Shown in pieces: positions 10,270 through 20,059 of a stretch of DNA of 64,000 bases. Each line of letters starts with the position of its first letter. The stretch's first letter is position 1. The DNA comes from an uncultured bacterium. Lineage in GTDB: Bacteria; Planctomycetota; UBA1135; GCA-002686595. The DNA lies in assembly GCA_943787795.1 (NCBI GenBank), contig CALSNU010000001.1, positions 544,001-608,000 of the forward strand. The letters run 5' to 3'. The notes below the pieces were generated by a model. It saw only the letters and a list, made by a program, of their open reading frames with translations, made no database searches and was not told where the DNA came from. The translations under genes were made by a program, and so were the position numbers.

Positions 10270-11129
10270 ACCTCGGACTCAAGGACCGCGCGATCTTCAT
10301 CTCGGGCGCCTCGGGAGGGATCGGCAGGGCGGTGGCCAGCGTCCTGGCGGAGGAAGGGGCCCAGCTGGTGCTCCACGGCAACCGCCAGGCGGAGGGGCTC
10401 TCCGGATGGCTGGCCCAGCAGCCCTGGCGTGACCGGGCGTCGATCGCCCGTGCGGACGTCCGCGATCCGGATGCCATGGAGCAGGTGATGGAGGTCGCGA
10501 GGGCGCGCCATGGGCGGCTCCACGGGTGCGTCGTGAACGCAGGAATCTGGCCCCCCGAGGACCAGCCGCTGGTGGATCTCGATCCCGAGCGCGTCGAGGC
10601 CGTCCTCGACGTGAACCTGAAGGGGGCCTTCTGGACGGCGCGGGGGTTCCTTCGGGCGCTGCGCTCTGGCGGCCCTGACCCGGCGGGCGCGGGCGCGTCG
10701 ATTGTCTTCACGGGCTCGACCGCGGCCAAGTTTGGGGAGCGCGGCCACGGGGACTACGCCGCCTCGAAGTCGGGGCTCTACGGGCTGATGCGCTCCCTCA
10801 AGAACGAGATCGTGGCCCTGGACCCCTACGGCCGCGTCAACGTCGTCGAGCCAGGCTGGACGGTCACGGAGATGACCGCAGAGAACCTGAAGGAGCCCGG
10901 CGTCGTGGAGCGGGTCGTGAGGACCATGCCGGTCCAGCAGCTCGCGAGGACGGACGACATTGCGAGGAGCATCGCCTGGGTCCTGTCTCCGACGGCCGCG
11001 CGTCACCTGACAGGGGAGACCCTCACCGTGGCGGGCGGCATGGAGGGGCGGGTGCTCTGGGAAGAGTCAGATGTGGATGCCTCTCGGGTCCAGCGAAGGC
11101 TAGAGTCCGATGGTGAAGCGCCGGCATGA
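10266..11129 (+). CDS. Short-chain dehydrogenase/reductase (SDR)
   Basis: 'SGASGGIG', 'VNAG', 'YAASK', 'VNVVEPG'; ATGA overlap with the upstream gene. Confidence 0.92.
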   Translation: MNLGLKDRAIFISGASGGIGRAVASVLAEEGAQLVLHGNRQAEGLSGWLAQQPWRDRASIARADVRDPDAMEQVMEVARARHGRLHGCVVNAGIWPPEDQPLVDLDPERVEAVLDVNLKGAFWTARGFLRALRSGGPDPAGAGASIVFTGSTAAKFGERGHGDYAASKSGLYGLMRSLKNEIVALDPYGRVNVVEPGWTVTEMTAENLKEPGVVERVVRTMPVQQLARTDDIARSIAWVLSPTAARHLTGETLTVAGGMEGRVLWEESDVDASRVQRRLESDGEAPA

Positions 11130-11232
11130 TCAGCGCTGAGCTTCCCACGTGATCCGACTGTCCGTTCCCATCGAGCCAGTCATTCGAGCCAGTCCCTTGC
11201 GGCTCGACTGAGGCTCCTTCAGACACCCCGCA

Positions 11233-11718
11233 GTGCTCATGCTCAAGAACTCACCTGAACCCTCGACCGGCACGCCCAGGCGTTGGCCGATTCACGTCGC
11301 CATCGTGGGCGCGCTTGTGGCCCTCGCCTGCTCGAGCCACAAGCACAGGACGATCGAGGATGTCGCCCTCGAGTCGAGCGGTCGATTCAAAGAGGTCCTC
11401 CAGGAGGTCGTGAGTGATCCCGCCCGCTCCACCCAGGCCGGAGCGGTCTTCGCCCGGTACCAGGCGCAGCAGCTGTCGTACGCCGCCGACATGGCCGACC
11501 TCAAGGCGGCGGCGCTGGCCAAGTACAACGCGTACGACACGACGGACGAGGAGTTCGACGCGCTCGCTGCCCAGCTCAAGAGCCGCCGCGAGGCGTTCCG
11601 GGACGAGATCTCGGACGACCTGGTCGAGCTGATGGGCGTCCTCGAGCCTGGCGAATGGACCGAGGCGATCAACGTGATGCTCGAAGAAGAGGACCGCTGG
11701 AAGGAGTTGAAGCAGTGA
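11233..11718 (+). CDS. Helical lipoprotein (Spy/CpxP/ZraP-like by resemblance)
   Basis: Lipobox 'ALAC'; all-helical pattern; C-terminal 'LEPGEW'. Confidence 0.65.
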   Translation: MLMLKNSPEPSTGTPRRWPIHVAIVGALVALACSSHKHRTIEDVALESSGRFKEVLQEVVSDPARSTQAGAVFARYQAQQLSYAADMADLKAAALAKYNAYDTTDEEFDALAAQLKSRREAFRDEISDDLVELMGVLEPGEWTEAINVMLEEEDRWKELKQ

Positions 11719-12125
11719 TGGAACAGCGCAGCAGCACCCAGGGATCAACGACGTCCTTCCACCAGGTCTTGATCATCATCTTCGGCTCCCTCTTCTTTGC
11801 TGGCGGAGGAGAGGCCCCACTGGCGGACCGAGTGGGAGACGCCGTCACGGACAGCGACCGGAGGGCCAAGGCGGTCGCCGCAGCCAGCGCCATCGAGGCG
11901 GCGCTGGGGAAGGACATCGACGCCGTCATCGATTGGCACGAGGACTTCTTCAAGGCCATCGGTGCGGCCGGGGTCGACGAGGCCAAGATCCGAGGGAAGA
12001 TCGACGAGATCATCGAGGACCTCGGGCAGTTCGAGCGGCAACAGTTGAGCCTCCGGAGCGACCTGCGAGCACAGCTCGAGCCCTCGGAGTGGTCCGAGGT
12101 CTTCGACGGAGGCGGGGGCGACTGA
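11718..12125 (+). CDS. Helical membrane-anchored or secreted protein, paralog-like to the upstream gene
   Basis: ATG at 11718 overlaps the upstream TGA; hydrophobic segment 'VLIIIFGSLFFAG'; C-terminal 'LEPSEW'. Confidence 0.65.
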   Translation: MEQRSSTQGSTTSFHQVLIIIFGSLFFAGGGEAPLADRVGDAVTDSDRRAKAVAAASAIEAALGKDIDAVIDWHEDFFKAIGAAGVDEAKIRGKIDEIIEDLGQFERQQLSLRSDLRAQLEPSEWSEVFDGGGGD

Positions 12126-12149
12126 CTCCCGGACCGACCTCCCCGTCGC

Positions 12150-12210
12150 CAGGCGGCAGCGCCAGGCGGCAGGCGGCAGGCGGCAGGGGCAGCGCCCGGC
12201 GGCAGCGCCC
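12150..12210. repeat. Low-complexity GGCGGCA-type tandem repeat between convergent genes
   Basis: caggcggcag/cggcagcgcc units repeated several times. Confidence 0.5.
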
Positions 12211-12240
12211 GGGGTTCTGGGGGCGCACGCGGAGTCCTGA

Positions 12241-13110
12241 TCAGGCGTCGCCGAAGCGAATCGGCTTGCGGACGGTCGCCTGGGCGGGCACCCCTGCGAG
12301 CATGGCCGGAGCGAAGCGCCACCCCTTGACCGCGCGGCGAGCGGCGTCGTCGAGGACGGCGTGGCCACTGGTGGTCTCCACGCTGACGCTGTCGACCGAG
12401 CCGTCCGCGGAAACCTCGACGAGCAGGACGACCGTGCCCTTCCAGCCTCGGCGAGCGGCCAGGGGCGGGTAGGCCGGCGGAACGCAGAGTCCCTCGAGCG
12501 GCTCCGGAGACGAGGGCGTTGACTCGGCGCCAGGGGGCTCCTCTTCGGGCTCTGGCGGCGCGAGCCGGGGAGGAACCGCGGCGGGGGGCGCGACGACGCC
12601 GGGCTCTTCAGTGGCCGAGGGCTCACGAGCGGCTGAGACCCGCGGGAAGACCACAGACTCGAGCAGGTTGCTGGTGATCGGGACAGCCGCGCGGGGCGGG
12701 TGGGCCTCGATGGGCGGGGCGGGCTCCTCGGGCAGGGCCAATGGCTCCTCGGGGATCTCGGCCTCGCTGCTCGTCGGGGTGATGACCTCGACCTCCTCGG
12801 AGGGCTCTGGCTCGACCTGGGGTGCGGGCGCGGAGAACTGCGCGAGGAACTCGTGCCCCTGCTGGGCGTCGCTGGGAGTCGCCCACGGGCGCAGGGTCAG
12901 AGCGAGGGTCGCCACCAGAGCTCCGTGGACGGCCAGGGAGAGGCCGAAGCTTGAACCGAATCCAGCGCCCCCGCCCGCGGAGCCGCCTGCGGCATTGCCC
13001 AGCGACGCCGCGTCTCCCAGGGAGGCCGTATGGCCCAACGAGGAGGGGTCGCCCGGAGGCGGGGAGGCCTCGGCGCGTACGGCGGTGGGGGAGGGGTCGG
13101 GAGGAGTCAT
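12241..13110 (-). CDS. tonB: Energy transducer TonB family protein
   Basis: TM helix with 'SLAVH', Pro/Glu-rich linker, C-terminal 'PAYP..A.RRG..G.V.L.V.V..DG.V......SSG...LD.AA..AV..W.F.PA'. Confidence 0.88.
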   Translation of the reverse strand: MTPPDPSPTAVRAEASPPPGDPSSLGHTASLGDAASLGNAAGGSAGGGAGFGSSFGLSLAVHGALVATLALTLRPWATPSDAQQGHEFLAQFSAPAPQVEPEPSEEVEVITPTSSEAEIPEEPLALPEEPAPPIEAHPPRAAVPITSNLLESVVFPRVSAAREPSATEEPGVVAPPAAVPPRLAPPEPEEEPPGAESTPSSPEPLEGLCVPPAYPPLAARRGWKGTVVLLVEVSADGSVDSVSVETTSGHAVLDDAARRAVKGWRFAPAMLAGVPAQATVRKPIRFGDA

Positions 13111-13246
13111 GGCCCGGCAGCGGATTGAACGTGAAGCACGTCTTGCAGCCCATGAATTCTGCGGCTTCTGCAAACTTCTGCCACCGGATCTCGTTCCGGC
13201 GCGGCCTGCCAGCTGTCTCCACCGCCCCAGCGCACTCCAACGTCCC

Positions 13247-15558
13247 ATGGTCTACCCCGTCCTACTGGCCCTCTTGCTGCCTGCCGCTGGCGCTGGCCCG
13301 GCCTGGGCCCAGGAAGCGCCGCCGGTGCCTTCCCTCGGCGAGACCGCCGGGCCGGAGGGGCCCGCGGCCGCCCGGCCCGACCCGCGCGGATCGGAAGCGG
13401 ATGACCAGGAAGCGGATGACGGGGGTGCTCGGGCCCAGCAGCCGGCCCAGCAGCCGGCCCAGGCCGGAGCGCTCAGCCGGAGACTCAGCCGCGGACCCAG
13501 CCGCGGACCCAGCCGCGGACTCAGGCGGGCGCTACCTTCGACCTGGAGACGCTCGTGGTGACCCCCTCCAGGCGCGAACAGGCCATGCTGGATGTGCCCT
13601 ACTCGGTGGACTTTGTCTCCGAGGAGAGGCTCGAGCAGGCGCGGTCCCTCCCCCAGGCGCTACGGGACGTACCGGGTGTGATGGTGCAAGAGACCGGGCC
13701 GGCCCAGGGGTCACCCTACATCCGAGGCTTCACAGGCTTCCGCACGCTGACGCTCATCGACGGCATCCGTCTCAACAACTCGGTCTTCCGAGACGGGCCG
13801 AACCAGTACGCGGGGACCATCGACCCCTTCTCGCTGAGCGGGATCGAGGTGGTCAAGGGACCGAGCTCCGTGCTCTACGGCTCCGACGCTATCGGCGGCA
13901 CCGTCAACGCCCTGACCAAGGACCCGGAGATCTGGGACCGCCCTGTTGGCGGTGAGGTCTTCGTCCGGGCGGCGGACGCGGCCAACTACGTGATGAGCCG
14001 CGTGGAGCTCGGCGGCGCCATCGGGGATCGGACCGCGTGGCGCCTCGGGGGCACCCTCAAGGACCTGGGAGACATGACCGCGGGGGAGCCTTCCGGAGAG
14101 CTCCCCAACACGGGCTACGACGAGTGGGACGGGGACTTCAAGGCGCAGCATCTGGTGGATGACCTCACGACGCTGACCTTCGCGGCCCAGCACGTGGACA
14201 TTGACGACGCGCCGCGGACGCACCGGACCGTCTTTGCGGTGCCCTTCGAGGGCAGCGCGGTGGGGACCGATCTGCGCCGGGACCTGGACCAGGAGCGCAC
14301 GCTCACCTACTTCCGTTACGACCGAGCGGCGGCGTCGGAGGGAGACTGGGAGCTCCGCTCGATCGTCAGCTACCAGAGCCAGGAGGAGCGCCGGGAGCGA
14401 GAGCGCACCGGCGACCGGTTCGACGAGCAGGGCTTCGACGTCGGGACCCTCGGCCTGCAATTCAGCGGCAGCCGCGCCACCTCCTTCGGCTCGGTGACCG
14501 CGGGCCTCGAGTGGTACCACGACGAGGTGGACTCCTTCCTGAACCGCTTCGCCGACCAGACGCCGGCGGACGATATCCAGGGGCCTGTGGCGGACGACGC
14601 CAGCTACGACCTCGGGGGCCTCTTCGCAGAGGCGGCCTTCGATGTGCTCGAGTCAACGACCGTGACGGCCGGCGCGCGGGCGACCTATGCCGCGGCGGAC
14701 GCCAACGAGGTCCGCGACCCCGTGACCAACACCCAGACGGAGTTGGAGGATGACTGGGCCGCGCTCACGGGCTCCCTGCGCTTCGAGACGCGGGTGGTGG
14801 AGAACGAGGCCGCGACCGTGGCCCTGTTCGGGGGCATCTCCCAGGGCTTCCGGGCGCCGAACCTCAGCGACCTCACGCGCTTCGACTCGGCCCGCTCCAA
14901 CGAGTTCGAGGTCCCGAGTCCGGGCCTGGACCCCGAGCGTTTCATCAGCTACGAGCTCGGCCTCAAGCACGCCACAGACCAGCTCTCGCTCCAGCTCGCG
15001 GCGTTCCTCACCGACGGCGACGACATCATCCAGCGCTTCCCGACCGGCAACGTGAACGGGGCGGGCGAGATCGAGATCACCAAGGCCAACGTCGGGGAGT
15101 CGCGCATCGGCGGCGTCGAGCTCGGGGCGGCCTTCCGCGTGGCCGACGAATGGACGGCCTTCGGGAACATCGCCTGGCTCGATGGCCAGGAGGACTACAT
15201 CGGCGGTCCCGGGGATCCGGTCGAGCGGGCGGTCCCCTCGCGGCTCATGCCACTCATGGGCCAGCTCGGGCTGCGCTTCGCCCCGGAGGACCAGCCCTTC
15301 ACGGCCGAGCTGCGCTGGATCCACTCGGAGGACGCAGATCGTCTGTCACCCCGAGATGAGGGGGACACGACACGGATCCCGCCGGGCGGGACCCCCGGCT
15401 ATGACGTGTTCAACCTCTCGGGAACCTACCGCTTCGCCTCTGGCGTGAGCGGTCAGCTGGCCCTCGAGAACATCACGGACGAGGATTACCGGGTGCATGG
15501 ATCCGGGCAGAACCGGCCTGGCCGAAACCTCCTGGTTGGCCTCCGCTGGTCCTTCTGA
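13247..15558 (+). pseudogene. TonB-dependent receptor with an apparent frameshift in the N-terminal linker (pseudogene or sequence error)
   Basis: Signal peptide (ATG 13247, MVYPVLLALLLPAAGAGPAWA|QE) is in a different frame from the TonB box (DLETLVVTPSR, from 13540), plug ('IRGF','LIDG','IEVVKGPSSVLYG') and barrel (ends LRWSF). The receptor frame has stops at 13402 and 13417. Confidence 0.75.
13430..13525 (+). repeat. 12-bp tandem repeats (CAGCCGGCCCAG / CAGCCGCGGACC) in the receptor linker
   Basis: Read directly from the sequence; encodes QQPA and QPRT repeats. Confidence 0.75.
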
Positions 15559-15564
15559 GGGACC

Positions 15565-16812
15565 TCACCTGCGCGAGCTGGGACCCATCGGGGCGTTCAC
15601 CCGAAGGCTCGCTTCTTCCGGGTCACCCTTGTCGCCCCGTTTGCCGTCCTCGCCGCCGCCGTGGGGCGCCTCGATCCAGGGAGCCGCCGCGTAGGGACGG
15701 AGGACGGTAGCCCGCTCCTTCGTGCCGGCTTGCCGCCACCAGCGATCGGTGTGCACCTCCTCGGTCCGGCCATCCCGGTACTCGAGCTCGAGGACGGCGG
15801 AGATGCTGGCGGGGCCGACGTCGCTCTCGCAGGTCGCGCTCAATCGGTGGGGCTTGCCGTCCCTGAGCCGCTCGAGCGCGGACCCCGGGAGCTCGACCTC
15901 CAGGTGGTCCGGCGCGTCCTTGCCCCCCGCGAAGACCTCTCCATCGAGGGCGAAGCTGAGCTCGCCGGTGCTCGTCGCCTTCAGCACCGCGCGCTTGAGC
16001 TCCGCCGTGGCCTTGAGGCGGCGCTCCAGCTCCACGCGCTTCGCAGCGGGCTTGCCCGCGGCCCTGATCCACTTGCGAGGGACCTCCTCGGTGGGGGGCA
16101 GGCGCAGGAGGCGAATGTTGCGATAGAGGACCTTCATCGGAGGCCCCTGGTGGAGCTGCAGGGCCAGGAGCCCCTCGAGCGCGGCCTTGTCCGTGCGGTC
16201 GTCCAGCTCACAGGTCAGCGTGCCGTCCACCCACAGCTTGATCCGGCGGCCTTCGGCTCGGATGCGATAGGTGTGCCAGCCCGGACCGCGTCCGATGTCC
16301 TTCATGGAGTCGGGGTCCGCGAGGAGGTCGTAGTCGCTGTTGGGCCCGTTCGCCAGGAGGCTCGTCGAGCGGCGGACCAGGACGCCGCGGCCGCCTTGCT
16401 CGTAGATGCCCCCGATCCAGTTGGGCCCGTCCTCCAGGTCCGCCTGGTAGCCCACGACGTTCCACTCGCCCTTGAGAGCGCTCCTGAACTGAACGCCGGA
16501 GTTCCCCCGCATGACCATGAACTCAAGCGACAGGTCGAAGTCGGCGAAGCTCGCCTCGTGCACGATGAATGAGGAGCGCGTGCAGGGGTTCTCCGGGGTC
16601 GACTCTCCGACGAGCATGCCGTCCTGCACCGACCAGAACCTTGGGTCACCAGACCACTGCTCGGGGGAGAGGTTCAGCGCCTTCGGCTCTTCCTCCTGGT
16701 GGAGCGCTTCGGCCCCGATGGGTCCGGGTCCCGGAGAGGCGACGCGGTCGGTGGCGTGCGCAGCGAAGGGAGACGGTGCCTGGAGGGCGAGGAGCGTCAG
16801 GTGGATCAGCAT
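15565..16812 (-). CDS. DUF1080 (3-keto-disaccharide hydrolase-like) secreted protein with a C-terminal beta-sandwich domain
   Basis: 'W.V.DG.L.G','F.DF.L..EF','NSGVQFR','GYQAD','G..ALQLH.G....V.YRNI'. Confidence 0.85.
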   Translation of the reverse strand: MLIHLTLLALQAPSPFAAHATDRVASPGPGPIGAEALHQEEEPKALNLSPEQWSGDPRFWSVQDGMLVGESTPENPCTRSSFIVHEASFADFDLSLEFMVMRGNSGVQFRSALKGEWNVVGYQADLEDGPNWIGGIYEQGGRGVLVRRSTSLLANGPNSDYDLLADPDSMKDIGRGPGWHTYRIRAEGRRIKLWVDGTLTCELDDRTDKAALEGLLALQLHQGPPMKVLYRNIRLLRLPPTEEVPRKWIRAAGKPAAKRVELERRLKATAELKRAVLKATSTGELSFALDGEVFAGGKDAPDHLEVELPGSALERLRDGKPHRLSATCESDVGPASISAVLELEYRDGRTEEVHTDRWWRQAGTKERATVLRPYAAAPWIEAPHGGGEDGKRGDKGDPEEASLRVNAPMGPSSRR

Positions 16813-16858
16813 GTCGCGAGTCTAGCGCAAGGCGCCGCCGATCCGCGCAGGCGGCGGC

Positions 16859-18124
16859 TCACCTGATCTGCCGCGCGCCCTTGATCAGGGCGAGCAGGGC
16901 CAGGGCGGCGACCACGGCCTCCGTCATGAATGTGGCGATGGCGGCGCCGTCCATGCCTCGGGGGGGGACCAGGAGGGCGTTGCCAAGCAGGTTCACGGCG
17001 AGTCCTGCGGAGGCGATGCCCAGGAGAGTCTGGGATCGGCCAGCGGCCACGACCGCGGTCATCAACGGCGCGCCGACGTGCACGGCGAAGGCCGCCGCGA
17101 GGAGCCAGAGGAGGCTGTGTGAGGCCACGAGGAATCCCTCGCCAAAGAGGCCGAGGAGCGTCTCTCTCAGGGGGATCAAGCCGAGGGCGACCACGAGCCC
17201 CAGCGCCGTCGACGCGCCCGCGAGCCGCAGCGCCGCCGCCAGGCCCTTGCCCTCGGCGTGGGCCCGCGCGAGCCAGGGTAGCGCGGCGGAGGACGCGAAC
17301 ACGCCGCCCATGATGGCGAGGCTCATGATCCTCACCGCCACGTTGTAGTGGCCGACGGCCTCGTCCCCCTCGAGCGCCCGGACGAAGACGTTGTCCACGT
17401 GGAAGTAGAGCTGTTGGAAGACGGCCGCGGCGCCCATGGGGATCGAAGCGGCCAGGAAGGAGCCGATGGGAGCCGGGTCGACGCCTCTCACGGACGGGAG
17501 CCCTCGCCGGCCTGCCAGGTGGAGCGAGAGGTTGCCGAGGGTGCTGCCCGCGGCGATCGCAAGCAGGAAGGGCATCGGACGGTCTTCGCCGGTCTCCCGC
17601 AGGACGAGAACGAAGAGCAGGCTCGCCGCGGCCGCGCCCGCGCGCACCAGGACCGGCGAGCGCCAGGCGATCCGACTCTTCCAGCCAAGGGTCGAGAGCT
17701 CGAGGACGTGGCTGAAGTGATAGAGCGCAGCGAGGGCGAGGTAGATCCCATCGCCTGCCTCGAAGGTGGCCGCCACGCCGGCGACCGTCAGGACGACCGC
17801 GGAAGCGGAGAGGGTCCGGGCGCGCCGGGCGGTGCGCAGGTTGGGGGCCGCGGCGGCGGGATCCGCGGCTGCGCGCTGGAGCGAGATCTGGCCCGCGCCA
17901 AAGTCCACCACCCCGTCGAGGACGAGGAACACGGCGAGCCAGAAGGTGAGGCGTCCGAAGTCTGCGTCGGAGAGATGGCCCGTCAGGGCCAAGAGGGTCA
18001 GGAGGGTGCAGCCCGAGCCGACGAGCCGGCCACCGATGAGCCAGGATGCGGCGCCCCACACGCGCCGAGGCACGCGCAGAGGCGCCTCGGACGGGTCCTG
18101 GGGGGAGGCGTCAGCGATCGGCAC
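16859..18124 (-). CDS. Polysaccharide flippase (Wzx/MATE-like)
   Basis: About 12 hydrophobic segments; 'L...DFG', 'D..FV..L.G..AVGHY.VA.R', 'LVP..G..GAAIAT'. Confidence 0.85.
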   Translation of the reverse strand: MPIADASPQDPSEAPLRVPRRVWGAASWLIGGRLVGSGCTLLTLLALTGHLSDADFGRLTFWLAVFLVLDGVVDFGAGQISLQRAAADPAAAAPNLRTARRARTLSASAVVLTVAGVAATFEAGDGIYLALAALYHFSHVLELSTLGWKSRIAWRSPVLVRAGAAAASLLFVLVLRETGEDRPMPFLLAIAAGSTLGNLSLHLAGRRGLPSVRGVDPAPIGSFLAASIPMGAAAVFQQLYFHVDNVFVRALEGDEAVGHYNVAVRIMSLAIMGGVFASSAALPWLARAHAEGKGLAAALRLAGASTALGLVVALGLIPLRETLLGLFGEGFLVASHSLLWLLAAAFAVHVGAPLMTAVVAAGRSQTLLGIASAGLAVNLLGNALLVPPRGMDGAAIATFMTEAVVAALALLALIKGARQIR

Positions 18125-18145
18125 GGCGCGGTGTACGGTACAGGC

Positions 18146-19327
18146 ATGGCTCGACTCCTACTCGCCCTGGTCTCCGGCTTCATCCTCGTCTCGCTCGCCC
18201 CGCTGCCGGACTCGATCTCCGCGGCGCTGACCGCGCCCAGCGCGCAGGAGGGGTGTCGCCGGTGCGACAAGCGTGGCGTCGTCCCATGCGGTAAGCACTC
18301 CGAGGAGATCCTCGCGGCCGAGGGGCGGGTGCACTTCTGCTCGGTGGTCGCGGGCTGCAAGGAGTGCGGCGGCGCGCTGGTCGTGGACTGCAAGCGATGC
18401 GAAGGGGGGCCGGAGAACGCCGCCATGGAGGCGCGCCGCGTGGCGGTGGCGGAGTGGATGAAGCAGAACGAGATCGAGGCGCACTTCGGCCGCCCCGTGG
18501 CCCGCTGCGAGACCGATCACTGCGAACTGGTCTTCGACCTGAAGGGGTCGTTCAAGGTCGGCCGCACGAAGATCGACGCCCACGAGCTGATGCACCTCGT
18601 GGCGGACGACACCAGCCATGTCTGCCAGCGGGTTGTGGAGCACCATGGCGTCGAGGAGGAGGACATCTTCGCCAAGATGCGCATGTGGATCTGGGAGTCG
18701 GCGGACGACCACAAGTCGGCGGTGGAGACCTTCATGCACACGAGCGCGCGCGGTGACTTCAAGATGCTCGGGAAGGACCCGGTCTTCTCCGTCTGGAGAG
18801 AGCCCGGGCTGTTCTCGTCGCCCGGCGCGATCCGCACCGTGTTCACGCACAACGTGGGTCACATGATGATCTCGAACATGTTCAGAGAGCGCGACGTCGG
18901 GCCGATCGGCGGCGGCTGGTACGACGCGGGCGCGGGGCACTGGTACGAGTACGACCGCTTCGACAGCAGCGTGCAGTACTGCATCGAGGAGGCGACGGCT
19001 CTCTCGAGCTTCGCGGACGGCGTGTGGCGCGCCGCCATGCGCAAGCTCGTCGCCCGGTCGGACGAACCGCTGCTTCCCCCGCTTCTGGATGTCCCCACCA
19101 CGGCGATGAACGTCCAGCAGCAGGCGATCTGCTGGTCCTTCTACGACTGGATCGTGGCCAATCATCAGGACAAGATGCGGCTGGTCCTGCGGGACCTGAA
19201 GCAGAAGAAGCCGACCCGGGAGGTCATGCGCGAGCACTTCGGCGTGGGGGTCCTCCAGGCGGAGGAGGCCTGGAAGCAGTGGGTGCTTGACACCTATCCC
19301 ACGCGGGAGAAGAAGAAGCGGCGATGA
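18146..19327 (+). CDS. Secreted protein with a Cys-rich (CxxC) N-terminal domain and a degenerate gluzincin-like domain
   Basis: Signal peptide; CRRC, CKEC, CKRC; 'HNVGH...WYDAGAGHWYE'. Confidence 0.7.
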   Translation: MARLLLALVSGFILVSLAPLPDSISAALTAPSAQEGCRRCDKRGVVPCGKHSEEILAAEGRVHFCSVVAGCKECGGALVVDCKRCEGGPENAAMEARRVAVAEWMKQNEIEAHFGRPVARCETDHCELVFDLKGSFKVGRTKIDAHELMHLVADDTSHVCQRVVEHHGVEEEDIFAKMRMWIWESADDHKSAVETFMHTSARGDFKMLGKDPVFSVWREPGLFSSPGAIRTVFTHNVGHMMISNMFRERDVGPIGGGWYDAGAGHWYEYDRFDSSVQYCIEEATALSSFADGVWRAAMRKLVARSDEPLLPPLLDVPTTAMNVQQQAICWSFYDWIVANHQDKMRLVLRDLKQKKPTREVMREHFGVGVLQAEEAWKQWVLDTYPTREKKKRR

Positions 19328-19941
19328 CCGAAGCCAGTCAGCTCCCCGTCTCGCCCGGGGCTCCGTTCACCGCCCGGTGCGGCCCCTCCGAGCTCCGGCC
19401 TATCCGCCGTGACGACGCCGCCGACCTCTTCCCCCAGATTCACGGGCAGCCCGGCGTGATCCAGTGGCTCTCGTGGTCGGGCCCCGAGCGCGTCTGGGAC
19501 CTCGAGGAGCGCTACTCGGCCTGGCGTACCGGCGCGGCCGACGAGCCGGCCTACATGTTCGCCGTCGTCGACGCCGCGGACGGCTCCGTGATCGGGGAGG
19601 CGAGCCTGCGCTTCGACGATCACCCAGGTGTGGGCGAGCTGGGCTATTGGTTGGGGGAGGAGCACCACGGCAAGGGCCACGGGAGGGCGACGGTCGAGCT
19701 CCTCACGCGGGCCGGGTTCGAGCGCTTCGGGGCCTTCGCCCTGACCGCGCGGGTCAAGGAGGGGAACGAGGCGTCCATCGCCGTACTAGGAGGTGCCGGG
19801 TACCAGGCGGTGCGCGCGCCGCGGGTGGAGGGCGACGACGAGGACCCGCCCATCGCCTGGATCTTCTCGACGACGCGACGGGGGGACGGGCGCAGGTCGC
19901 CGCGGCCCGCCGTGGAGTTCCTACTCACAAACTCTGGCTGA
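19324..19941 (+). CDS. GNAT acetyltransferase (RimJ/RimL-like)
   Basis: 'GELGYWLGEEHHGKGHG', 'N.ASI.VL...G'; ATGA overlap. Confidence 0.85.
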   Translation: MTEASQLPVSPGAPFTARCGPSELRPIRRDDAADLFPQIHGQPGVIQWLSWSGPERVWDLEERYSAWRTGAADEPAYMFAVVDAADGSVIGEASLRFDDHPGVGELGYWLGEEHHGKGHGRATVELLTRAGFERFGAFALTARVKEGNEASIAVLGGAGYQAVRAPRVEGDDEDPPIAWIFSTTRRGDGRRSPRPAVEFLLTNSG

Positions 19942-20059
19942 GCGCCTACCGCAGCCCGGCTGGGGCTGCGCCTACACTTGAGGGAGCCTCCGGCCGTGGG
20001 AGGGACTCGATTCTCGCTTCTCCGGGAAGGTCAAACCGGCTCTGTCGTCGCCCATTCAG

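Noticed and set aside
13402..13419. In-frame TGAs upstream of the TonB-dependent receptor as Sec codons
   Set aside because: No redox motif context and no GGTCT hairpin. The signal peptide is in another frame, so a frameshift explains it better.
18146..18420. c-type cytochrome
   Set aside because: The CxxC motifs are not followed by His (no CxxCH).
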